Shown here: piece after piece, positions 12,530 through 24,644 of the stretch
Numbering within the stretch: the stretch's first letter is position 1
How the letters are laid out: every line of letters starts with the position of its first letter
From: Octopus sinensis
Taxonomy: Eukaryota
Reading direction: 5' to 3'
DNA length: 64,000 bases
Assembly: GCF_006345805.1 (NCBI RefSeq)
Contig: NC_043003.1
Location: 67,580,001-67,644,000 of the forward strand
The notes under the pieces: model-generated
The model's input: the letters and a program-made list of their open reading frames with translations, nothing else
Told to the model about the DNA's origin: nothing
The model's database searches: none
Made by a program: the position numbers and the translations under genes

Positions 12530-13775
12530 TCAGGTCATCCCCTAAGTTCTGTCCGATGTTACCTTTTGTAAAATTGAATAAAATCTAATAGTATTTTACA
12601 ATGTCTAATGGGATTTAAAATTATTTTTATGCGTTTCTGTACATTTAAAGTAATTAAATACTATTTTACAGATTAATAGAATTAAAATTACTTTCATTAA
12701 AAACCTTTCTAACATGGAAGTATCGAAAGAGCATTTGAGGTATATAATGCTTTATGAGTACAACAAAGGAAACTCTGCAGCCGAAGCGACTCGAAACATA
12801 CACTCAGTTCATGGGAAAGAAAGCCTGAATGAAAGAACTTGCAGAAGATGGTTTTGCAAAATTCAGAACGTCCAGTTGAGTTTGAAGATAAGTTCCTTGA
12901 GGAATTACTTGAAAAAAATCCTGTATTATCGGTTGAAGAACTGGCGATAAAGTTTAGTTCAAAGCAATAAAGCTTAGTTCATCACCATCTTCAGCAACAT
13001 GGAAAGGTTCCTAAACTTGGAAAATGGGAGCCTCATGAATTGTCCAAAAGCAACCTCAAATCCTGAGTTGACATCTGCTCTGCTCTCCATTCTCGCGAAC
13101 TCATTTCAACCTTTTTGGATAGACTTGTGCCTGGTGATGAAAAATGGATCTTCTATCGAAACGTTAAACGTCGTAAACAGTGGCTTGGTAAAAGGGAAAA
13201 AGTTCAACCACAACAGAGAAAACTTCATGGGAAAAGTTCTCAATATCTAGTGGGATTGCAAAGGAGTAATTCACTTTGAATTGTTACCACCTAATGCAAC
13301 AATCAATGGTCAAGTTTACTGTCAGTAATTAGAGCGTTTGAACCAAGCTTTGAAGAAAAAAAAGACCCGCTTTAGTGAATCAAAAAGGAGTGATGTTTCA
13401 TTAGGACAATGTGCAACCCCACATTGCAACGATCACATCACAGAAGATCGAAGAGCTTGATTGGGAAAAAATTCCTCATCCACCTTATTCTCCCGACCTT
13501 GCACCTTCAGACTACCATTTGTTTCGTAGTTTACAGAATCATTTGTTGGATATAACATTTGCAAGCCAGGAGGAGGTCGAAACTAACATTTTAGAGTTCC
13601 TCTCTTTGAAACCAAAAGATTTTTACATTGATGGGATTAAAATTCTTGTAAATAGATGGAAGGAAAGCATAGATAATCAAGGAAAGTACATTGATGATTA
13701 AATGTCAATTAAATATACCATTTGATCACTAGTTTCTTTATTCAAACTTCGGACAGAACCTATGGTATGACCTGA
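12530..13775 (+). mobile_element. Full-length but mutated mariner element (1246 bp)
   Basis: TIRs tcaggtcat.cc.taagttctgtccga with TA TSD. Transposase pieces MEVSKEHLRYIMLYEYNKG and WEKIPHPPYSPDLAPSDYHLFRSLQNHL are separated by stops and frameshifts. Confidence 0.93.
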
Positions 13776-15289
13776 TATTTATGTTGTTTATACTGTGAAA
13801 CCAATTCGTTTGCGCGTACACACGTGCGCGCGCGCATAAACACATTCCTTTATGAATGCATGATACATTTTGAAGCATATATACATATGTGCAAGTGTAT
13901 GTAAAAAATCAGCATTAAAAAAAGGTTGAAGTCTATAAAAAGCAGGCAGAACTGCATCGCGTCTCTCTTACTATATACGAAAACACAAGTTGCGAAATAC
14001 CACTTTCAACAACACCTACAAGTACACAGCGCAACACATAAGTTTTCAGTATATATATAAAAAGAAATACTTATTTTAGTTAACTAATAACATCGCCGGA
14101 AGACACTTGTAATCTTACGCAAAATAACGGTAAGAAATATAATTCCACACCAAATCGAGCAACAATAATGTGAGACAACGAAATCTTTCTAAATTTTAGC
14201 TAAATATAACAATAACTGTAAGACCAGAAATAAATATCCAGCAAACGTAAGTCATATAGATAAGCAGAGGTCATTCGTAGAAATAATTGCCGAAAAAGTC
14301 ATTGACATGAAATGCACATATATAGAGAAGTAATTCTAAAAACGAATACAGGAAATGTATATTGGCTGTGACGCACGGGAATTATCCCTAAATCTTTTCC
14401 TGAATTCGATAAGTTGTATACAATCATTAAGTATAACTGGACATGTTGGTTTCAGTTTATTGCAAGATACGTACATTATTTGCCGCGTATGTGTATCTAC
14501 TATATTGATCCAAACAGTGCTACTTAATGTTTTGCTTTTCTTCTGAGCGTTCACATTTATGCGCATAGTTGCTTAATTCCTTGACGAGAATAGAGATTAT
14601 TGCTTCCGTGAGATAGTCAGAAATGCAATGCACAGGACATAATAGAACCAAACACGTATGTATATATGTACACAAACATACAGATGTATATATATATATA
14701 TATATAATATATATATATATATAAATATATATATATATGCATGTATATATGTGTATGTATATATAAATACACTCACATACACACATATATATATTATATA
14801 ATATAAATATCCTTGCAAAATGGCTGACCGTTAGTAAGGAGAGACACTCAAATAAGAAAGAAGGAAGCAAAGGACCACTGCTGAGGCCACAGAAGTGTGA
14901 CGAAAGAACTCTGGCCGAAATAAGATAACGATTAATGTAAAAAATAAAAAAAACGCTGAAGCAAATTAACACCAATATATAGTGCGTGTTTTTATTGGCT
15001 AAACTGGCAAAAATGACCATTCCTAAATACAACAATATATATATAGAGAGAGAGAGAGAGAGTGAGAGGGGGGGAGAGAGAGAGGGGGAGAGAGAGAGAG
15101 AGGGGGAGAGAGAGAGTTGTGCTACAACAAGGCACCAATATTTACTAGAAATTGCAGTCGATAAATTATGACGCTATAGTATATCTTCACTGTGTATTAC
15201 TGGCAAAGACGTGTAAGGGCTGCGAACATAAAAAATTTCGTCTTACCTCTAAGAAGAACATTAGATAAATGGACAACACAGAATCTGAT

Positions 15290-15364
15290 AATCTAGTACC
15301 TAGGTTTCTGACTCTTCAATTACGTTTGTTATCGCAAATTTTATTAGTCTTCTTCAGCTAGATT
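15290..15364 (-). ncRNA. Minimal type I hammerhead ribozyme motif
   Basis: Minus strand reads aatctag CTGAAGA a gact...agtc a GAAAC ctag GTA ctagatt. Stem I is a perfect 7 bp and stem III ACCUAGGU is palindromic. Predicted cut between 15297 and 15296. Confidence 0.8.
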
Positions 15365-17929
15365 TACCTGGATATTATTTAAAATGTTGCTACATCAATG
15401 CCAGTATACTCACCTGAAGGCCTAACCTATAACAGAACCGAGAACAGCGATATATATATATATATATCCAAAATTATGAAATGGAGTACATAAAATCAAG
15501 CCTACATAAGTTTTATAACTACCAGATCCTTAGATGTACTAATTAGCCAAATGAGGGGGACCCGCTTGCAATTCGTCAGGTCAAAGATACCTTAATGAAA
15601 TGAAGTTTACATTGCCTACAAGGGATCCCATGTTAAGTCAAAGGAGATTCGATCCTGCCAGTTAATATGTACGTATGAATATATACATGTATGTATGTAT
15701 GTATGTATGTATGTATGTATGTATGTATGTATGTATGTATGTATGTTTGTATGTATGTGTGTATGTATGCATGTATGTATGTATGTATGTGTGTGCAAGG
15801 TGGCCAGTCTGCAAAATCACTACTGTGAGACGCCTTCCCTGCGGCTGTTTATGCCTTGCGTTCAAACTCTGTCGAAGTCAATTTATTTCCCATAATAACT
15901 GGAAACGAGTCTTCTCTGTGCCTTTGTTTCTATTTGTGACATTCATTCGGTTTGGAAAAAGAAAACCTGTCGGAGGTCAAATCCCGAGAAGAATGCGTAC
16001 CCCAGGGAGAAGAGTAGGTACCGCAAGAATGTGTTCACATGATATATTGTCAGCGCCCTTACGACTTCACGATAAGCAGATGAAGATCAATGAAAATGTA
16101 CCGGGATAAGAGACGTTCTAGCGTCAATATACAATATATTCGATTAATCTGATTGTGGTTGTTTTTCTGTTTCAACACTGCCTATTAACTCAAAAGTGTT
16201 CATAAAAAGAATAATACTATAAACTACGTATAATGATTGGCTGACTAAAAACGATTATTACTAAAAAAAAAAAAATGCTTTTCACACACGCAAAAGAATA
16301 TAAGTTAGAAATAATGACATTAAGTTGTTTGATGTCTTACAAGAAGCTATAATGGAGAAGATTTATCTAAGCTTAATGATATATTTTACTTTTATTATTA
16401 AAGATTCTCAATTCTCTACGCAGTTATTTTTAACATGATGGTGTTTTATTTCACGTCATTCGACCCGTAATGAAAAGAATATAGTTTTATACGAAAGCTT
16501 ATATTATGATTTAGGTCTAAACATTATGCTTGGTTCTATTCTTAGTTTCATTCATATACCAGATATGACTTTAAATGTTGTTAGGAACTTTGCTTTTATT
16601 TTAAATTGATTGAAGTTTACTGAATTTTAGGAAAACCCCAACTCTACCATCTCCCCACAGTTACAGTTTTAAGCAATAATTGTGAACTAGGGTATTTTCC
16701 AAAGAATTGCTGGTGTTATAGTGATTCACAAAGATTTTAACAATAAATTAATAGATCGATACGTGAAAGGCAATATATTTTTCCATCAAACATTATACCT
16801 TTCTGTCTATATAAATCGTTTAAGTTTAGTATGTGCACATATACCATGCATATCAAATCTTAAATAAAAATGGCGATAAATTAAATTACCGTTCAACGAT
16901 TAACATCTAAACATCAAAAGGAATATAAATAGTATGATGCATGCTCAAACACATAGGTTAATCTAATTCTCTTAGCGCAATTTTAATATCCTTGTTTATA
17001 GCGTCTTTAAGAGTCTTTTTCAAAAGCATTAGTTTATCATGATAACTTTTTATTGTCAAAATATGTATATAATCCCCAAAACCTAAATCAGTTCTACTAA
17101 GAAGGCTTTCAAGCATGATATTTCCAGTGTATTCTCATATAAAAAAAAACAGAAATTTTAAATACTTTTAAGGAATCTATAATCATGATTATTAACAACA
17201 TTGGCATTTGAAGAGAAAATAGTTCTTCGGTAATAAGAAAGAGCGGTCTATTGTTGGCGATGCATTCCTCTGGTCGCATATTATCAAGCTAAGTAACTTT
17301 TAACGTACCTAGGAAATAACATACGTGTCTAATATTTGCGCCATAATAAATGAAGTGTGAAAAGCTTGCAAAAATATAGGGATGAAACTTGAAAAACCTG
17401 CATATATATGGGAGGCAGAGGCACAAGTACAGAAGAGTACATTCAAAGAAAAATCTGATAGACGGATGGACAACTGGTCGTCGAAATGGCATAACCTGTA
17501 TAGACACATTTCTTTGACTGTACTGTTCTGCCGGTGAATTTTTGCGCTTCTGATATTTAAAGGTTTTTCAAATTTTATCTCTATTGTTGAAACCTTTCCT
17601 CACTTCATTTTATTATTCTATTTCTATAGAATAATTCATCAAGCCAGCTACGTCGTTTTCTTTATATTCATTCTCATGTTTTAAAATTGAAATGCAAATT
17701 TATTAAGATTTGCAGGGATCGTAGCAAATATTTTCATACATTTTTAAAATTCCCACTAAGTCATAAATTGTTTTCTTTTAGTTTTTTGCCAAACAGAATT
17801 TTCATCCTTTAAAATTCTTCTTTTCTATTCGAGTAATCATAATTGCTTCACGTAATTTATAATTTTAAATTTTCTCTGGAATTTTATCATTTACCTCTCT
17901 GCGTGTACGAAAAAGAATATACTGTAATT

Positions 17930-18135
17930 TTTGTGCATTGTTTGTTCCTTCACAGGCCAGGCCGGTTTCCCGGTTTCCTTGACGTATAGGTTCTCCACCT
18001 GCACGAGACGCCAGTCCGTGGCAGGTGAGCTGCAAGATGCAGGAGGAAAGAGTGAGAGAAAGGTGTGGCGAAAGAGTCAGCAGAAGTTCGCCATTACCTT
18101 CTGTTGGAACCGCGTGGATCTTAGGTGTTTCAAGC
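17930..18135 (-). mobile_element. SINE fragment, same family as 46995-47200
   Basis: Shares the body ...ggtaatggcgaacttctgctgactctttcgccacacctttctctc... with the 47 kb copy. Confidence 0.65.
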
Positions 18136-18412
18136 ATGCAGCTGTTTTTGTAACAATAATCGCCCGAGTATGAAAACGTGTAAATGAAAGTAATAATTAT
18201 AAACTTTGAATGGTAATATTTTAATAATCTAGTCCTTTCTACTGAGAGATTTCGTTCTCTGGCTTACATAAACATATAGCCACTTGTCTTTTTCTCCCCC
18301 AGATTTACACCATCACTCACTGTTTTACTTTCTTTTGCTAATACGTGTATGCAGACGTGTGTATATAAACATGTCTACAGTTAGGATTATAACATCTACA
18401 TGTATTGTTCAG

Positions 18413-18478
18413 GAATGTTATGAATATAACAAACACTTAGATGTTGGCATGGATAGTGCAGAACACCTTATATATGAG
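18413..18478 (+). CDS. Candidate internal exon of an unidentified host gene (ECYEYNKHLDVGMDSAEHLIYE)
   Basis: Acceptor tattgttcag and donor gag|gtatgg, 66 nt, open in phase 0-0. No homology recognised. Confidence 0.4.
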
Positions 18479-19987
18479 GTATGGGTGACGCGGAAGGATG
18501 TGTTATTCGGAAATTACTGTAACATTTTAAGAGCATAGTTGCACTCAAGTATCGTGTAAATAAGGAAATCGAAGTAATAAATATGTTCCGACACTAATTA
18601 ACTTTATGCAAATTACTATTTGTTATAGTGTAATAATTAGATGAGAAATTTCTGTGCTCTAGTACTAGAATGGAGTCATTATGTTTGAAATATAGTAACT
18701 GTTGTCGACTTTTGCAAAACACCTCGGCAAAATTCAGTTTGAAATACTTGCTTGTTTAATAAGTTCCAATTAGTTGTAAAAATACAATGTACAAGAGCAG
18801 TCTTGTAAATAGTATTCAACCTAAGCTTATTAAAATGGCGTACACACTTTCTAGAATAAAAAGTAAAGATAATAAATAAAGAATAGAATACTGGAATATT
18901 CATGAAACATTTCAGCAATTGTTTCGTAACTGCTATGTATATGAATAAGAAATTTTGTTTTGTACATGATATCGTTATTTGTAGAACTAGGCTCTCTGCA
19001 CGGACTGGAATTTTCAAATTTCATGTGTGTGCCTTTGTGTGTGTGTGTGTATGTATGCTAGTATGTGTGCATGTATGTGGCAATGTAAAATAAATAATTT
19101 AAATGAAGAACTAAATTAGTGACCGAACATTTAGAAACACGAGATTAATTGCTTGAGGCCAAATTCATCGACAATTGGATAAGTGCTGCTACTCATTTCA
19201 TTACGTTTTGACAATCAGGCAATTTTCCGGTGAAATTTTAGGAAAGAGTTACAAACAGCAATTTCTTGCATTTTGCTTTGTTTTACGCACTTACGTTTCA
19301 ATGGTCACTTAAAATGACCTAATATTTTGGTTAACTTCCAGCATTTCTTCACAATTCTTTAAACAATATAGCTATTATTGAATCTATGATTCTTTCAGAA
19401 TGGCTAGCACATCGCTGTTTTGATGAATTGAATGAAAATGTAATTTAGTCAACTTAATAACTAATCTCAATTTGAGGAAGCGTAACGTGAAACGTTTTTT
19501 GTGAATGAAAGTTTTAAAAAGAATCATGATTTTGTCCCCCACTAAAATTGGGTGTTGAGCTAGATCGCAGACCACTGCGCTATTTACCATAGGAGATCTC
19601 TCGTATAGACTTGTGATGCATAAAAGCCCACGTGCAGTATTGTGTGACCTGATACAACATCCAGTTATAGTAGCAGATAAATATTACATTTTCGTATTAA
19701 TCCTGTTTCTGTAGTTGTTGAATAATTGTATGTACATTTTTAACAACATAGAAATGAAAAAGCTTAGATTGATTTTAATATCTGTGACAATAAAATATAA
19801 ATGGATTTCAGATCTTTTAATAATAAGAGATCTTATTGATTACATGGGTTTCTCTCAATATATAAAGTCATTCCTTTATATTCTTCCTTTACTTTTGTCG
19901 GATTCTCTAATGCACATATTGCATGAGAGAAATCGGTTAACTTCACAGCAATACTTGTATTCCTTATCTAATATATACAAACTATAG

Positions 19988-20780
19988 GGTGGCGAGCTGG
20001 CAGAAACGTTAGCACGCAGCGAGAAATGATTAGCGGTATTTCGTCTGCCGCTACGTTCTGAGTTCAAATTCCGCCGAGGTCGAATGTGCCTTTCATCATT
20101 TCGGGGTCGATTAAATAAGTACCAGTTACGCACTGGAGTCGATATAATCGACTTAAGCCGTTTGTCTGCCCTTGTTTGTCCTCTCTGCGTTTAGCCCCTT
20201 GTGGGTAGTAAAGAAATAGGTATTTTGTTTGTCTTTACGTTCTGAGTTCAAATTCCGCCAGGGTCGACTTTGCCTTTCATCCTTTCGGTGACAATAAATT
20301 AATTACCCGTTGTGTACTGGGGTCAATCTAGTCGACTGGCCCCCTCCTCCAAAATTTCGGTCCTTGTGCCTAGAGTAGAAAAGTATATAAAGGCGGTGAG
20401 CTGGCAGAAACGTTAGCACGCCGGGCGAAATGCTTAGCAGTACTTCGCCTGCAGCTAAGTTCTGAGTTCAAATTCTGCCGAGGTCAACTTTGCCTTTCAT
20501 CCTTTTGGGGTTAATAAATTAAGTACCAATTACGCATTGAGGTCGATGTAATCGACTTAATCCATTTGTCTGTCCTTGTTTTTCCCCTCTGTGTTTAGCC
20601 TCTTGTGGGTAGTAAAGAAACAGGTATTTCGTATGTCTTTATGTTCTGAGTTCAAATCCCGCTATTCTACAGTTCATCTTTCCGGGTCGATAGATTAAGT
20701 ACCAGATGCGTACTGACATCGATCTAGTCGACTGGCCCCCTCTCCAAAATTTTCGGCCCTTGTGCCTAGAGTAAAAAAGA
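19988..20780 (+). mobile_element. Head-to-tail array of two dimeric SINE units (A-B, A-B)
   Basis: 19988-20383 and 20392-20780 each have a full head plus tail 1 (tttagccccttgtgggtagtaaagaaa), then a headless copy with tail 2 (ggccttgtgcctagagta). Confidence 0.85.
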
Positions 20781-20842
20781 ATATATACAAAATATAGGAA
20801 GGAAATATTTTCACTCAACAACTTATCAATGATTGTTAAATT

Positions 20843-21093
20843 CAGTGGTTCTCAACCCCTTTATATCTACGAACACCTTTGGTTTCTTTTTTTTTTATTC
20901 GGCTGGACCATGAAACCCACTCCATGTTTAAAAATCCTGTTGTCTGTTTATAATTAAATATGATAAGAATTATATAAAAATATAAAAAATATATTGTATA
21001 TTGCAACATATTTTGTATGTTTCACAATATTTTTAACAAAAACATTTTCTATAGTTCACCAAGGCTCACATTGGCCCCAGCTGAGAAGCACTG
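20843..21093. mobile_element. hAT-type MITE
   Basis: TIRs cagtggttctcaac / gctgagaagcactg. The 8-bp flanks gttaaatt / gtttgatt match at 6 of 8 positions. Confidence 0.75.
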
Positions 21094-21829
21094 GTTTGAT
21101 TATTTTATACCTATCCATTGTTAGAATGAAATGCTTCAATTTAATTCAAGATAATATGTGTTTATAAAATAAAATAAACAACTCTGCATATAATACGTTA
21201 TTTCAAAGATTTTCAGACAAGAATGTTTCCACACAGTTCCGTACTTGAGTTATGATACTATTGTTGTTTTTGCTTCCATTGGAATGGAACTAATTCGAAA
21301 CATTACATGCGCATGGTCGGAAGTAAAAGTCTTGGCAGAAATTCGTTGTGGTTGTGTTGTCGATAAAATATATAAATACACTGATTCGTAATCCTCGCAT
21401 TTGTAATGATACTACATTTATTTTAGAAGCATAAATATTTTCTTTTTTTCAAGAAAATATCAATTACGTGTGCAAATAGTCACTTATAAAACAGTGCTTG
21501 GCACGTTCATCTCATATTCAGAAAATAACATTCGAAAACATTTCATTTCACCTAAAGACATTGTGGTGAAACCTATACTAACTTTTGTTGAATGTTACAA
21601 TAATCAGTTTTATTCGCACGTCTGACATTCAAGCTGTAACGAGAATTCTTTATTTTTTATAGTTTTTAAAAGTTTTGTTTGATGATCTTAATGCATAAAC
21701 ATACTGGACAGCACTAAACAAATTTGATTGCCGCGAAATTGATTCTATTTCTCTTTGACCCAACATTGTCAGAAATAATAATTCCATACCAATAACTTAT
21801 ATAACACATGCAAACACACACACAAAACA

Positions 21830-21885
<56 letters not shown>

Positions 21886-22236
21886 CACATACATATATGG
21901 ATATACCTACATACATACATACATACATACATTTGTAAGATATACATCTGTGCGTGCGTGTGCGTGCGTTTTAAAACGTCTTAAGGGATAGACCCTTAAT
22001 GAAATTGCAGCGACTAGAATGCCTAATTGCATACGGAGCAATGTGTAGTTGCTGCAATTGACACATATGTTTGTGGTTATTATATATTCTGTTGAAAACG
22101 TTTTTAATAAAAAGACTTGGATGTGAATAAATCTCCACTCTCCTCTTCGTTTTCAAAGATATATATATATATATATATATATTTGCTATTATGCAAAAAT
22201 GTCGTAACGAAAAAAAATATTTCCACCATTCCATAG

Positions 22237-22342
22237 CAAAACCGTTGTACTACATATTTACAACATTTGATATCTTGGGCGTCTGAAGCAGCTGGTGATA
22301 CGATAGATCGACCAAAAGAATCAGCTATGGCAAGCAAAATGA
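22237..22342 (+). CDS. Candidate internal exon (QNRCTTYLQHLISWASEAAGDTIDRPKESAMASKM)
   Basis: Acceptor ccattccatag, open frame in phase 0. The donor gtaaaa is weak but gives phase 1, compatible with the exon at 24566. Confidence 0.35.
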
Positions 22343-22426
22343 GTAAAAAAGAAAAAAAACCATTTGACTAATATATATGTATACATGCACACACATACGT
22401 GCATTCATACATATATATATATATAT

Positions 22427-22491
22427 ATGCCATAGTGAAGACCTGACAGCTTTTATTGATTCATTAGATGTGCAGAGTAACAATTGTAATA

Positions 22492-22565
<74 letters not shown>

Positions 22566-23041
22566 CAAATTGTTACTCTGCACATCTAATGAAATATATG
22601 ATTATATATATGCACCGTTTTTAAGTGAGTTACAGCAATATTCATAGTGAGTTGATGTGAGTTATGTACGTGCTGCATCAACAAAGGGTTCTATAACCAC
22701 CAAGGAGACCACAAGATAAATTTCTGCCTGTTTAACTCTTCGTTAGGGGCGTGTATACACAGCAACTCACATGCTGGGACGAGTATTCATCATCCACCAA
22801 TATTAGCTACAGGGAGTAAAACTTTTACTGGTGTATACCTACATTACACATCGCAATATTTTAACATAACTAGTTCATAAGTGATGATAAGGGACGGGTA
22901 TAACCTTATCTAGAACGCAAGCATAATACGTAGATGGCCAAATTCATAAAAAATTCCCTTCAATATTTATGACCCTTCTCTATTTATTCTGACACTCATA
23001 CATCTAAGAATGCCATAGTGAAAACCTTGTAATACAATTTG

Positions 23042-23108
<67 letters not shown>

Positions 23109-23917
23109 AATTGTTACTCTGCACATCTAATGAAATATATGATTATATATATGCACCGTTTTTAAGTGAGTTACAGCAATATTCATAGTGAGTTGATGTG
23201 AGTTATGTACGTGCTGCATCAACAAAGGGTTCTATAACCACCAAGGAGACCACAAGATAAATTTCTGCCTGTTTAACTCTTCGTTAGGGGCGTGTATACA
23301 CAGCAACTCACATGCTGGGACGAGTATTCATCATCCACCAATATTAGCTACAGGGAGTAAAACTTTTACTGGTGTATACCTACATTACACATCGCAATAT
23401 TTTAACATAACTAGTTCATAAGCGATGATAAGGGACGGGTATAACCATATCTAGAACGCAAGCATAATACGTAGATGGCCAAATTCATAAAAAATTCCCT
23501 TCAATATTTATGACCCTTCTCTATTTATTCTGACACTCATACATCTAAGAATGCCATAGTGAAAACCTTGTAATACAATTTGTAATATATATATATATAT
23601 ATATATATATATTACAAATTGTTACTCTGCACATCTAATGAATCAATAAAAGTTGTCAGGTTTTCACTATGGCATTCTTAGGAAAAGTTTTACTCCCTGT
23701 AGCTAATATTGGTGGATGATGAATACTCGTCCCAGCATGTGAGTTGCTGTGTATACACGCCACTAACGAAGAGTTAAACAGGCAGAAATTTATCTTGTGG
23801 TCTCCTTGGTGGTTATAGAACCCTTTGTTGATGCAGCACGTACATAACTCACATCAACTCACTATGAATATAGCTGTAACTCACTTAAAAACGGTGCATA
23901 TATATAATCATATATTT
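22427..23917. repeat. Tandem plus inverted array of a 484-bp unit separated by (TA)n tracts
   Basis: Units at 22562-23045 and 23105-23586 are nearly identical. 23683-23917 is the inverse of about 22592-22827, and 23611-23675 is the inverse of 22427-22490. Confidence 0.92.
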
Positions 23918-23952
23918 ATGTGTGTGTGTAATTATATATACACAAATTAACG

Positions 23953-23986
<34 letters not shown>

Positions 23987-24408
23987 ATATAATATATATA
24001 TATATATGTATGTATGTATATCTTGATATATAAAACGGCGTGTGTGTGTGCAAGAGTGTGTGTTTTTGTGTGCGTATATGTGTATATGTGTCAGTGTGTT
24101 GTGTTTATGTGTGAACGCGTATATTCCTTATGGATTCGTAAATTGAATTGCCGATTTTGACGTACAAGGTATCAAAACTTTCAGAAATATCTCGGCTACA
24201 AAATAAAGAATGTTACAATCAGTTATGGCAGTGACTCGATCAATTCCTAGCGGTATCTGAAGAAGGAATTTTTATATTCTGAAATATCATATCAGACTGT
24301 AAATAATTAAATTATAAGTTATTATAGTCAACTCTGCATTGTTGTTCCCTTCAATACACGTTATATTTCACAAACACACACACACGCGTGCGCGCATACA
24401 TATATATA

Positions 24409-24475
<67 letters not shown>

Positions 24476-24565
24476 ATATATGTACATATATATATGTATG
24501 TATATGTATGTATATCTATGTATGTATATAACATCTCATCCATTTGTCTGATTATTTTCCAATAG

Positions 24566-24644
24566 ATCCTGGTGTCAATCCACCAAGGTCTTACCTGAAG
24601 TTATGCTCCATTGAAATATTTAGGCCGTACTGCAAGACGACAAG
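24566..24644 (+). CDS. Candidate internal exon (PGVNPPRSYLKLCSIEIFRPYCKTT)
   Basis: Acceptor ttttccaatag and donor caag|gtatat. Only the phase-1 frame is open. Confidence 0.4.

Noticed and set aside
14555-14620. Minus-strand tttCTGACTAtctcacg…cgtcaagGAAtt, resembling a decayed HHR
   Set aside because: Core and GAAA are both mutated, too degenerate to support from this copy alone.
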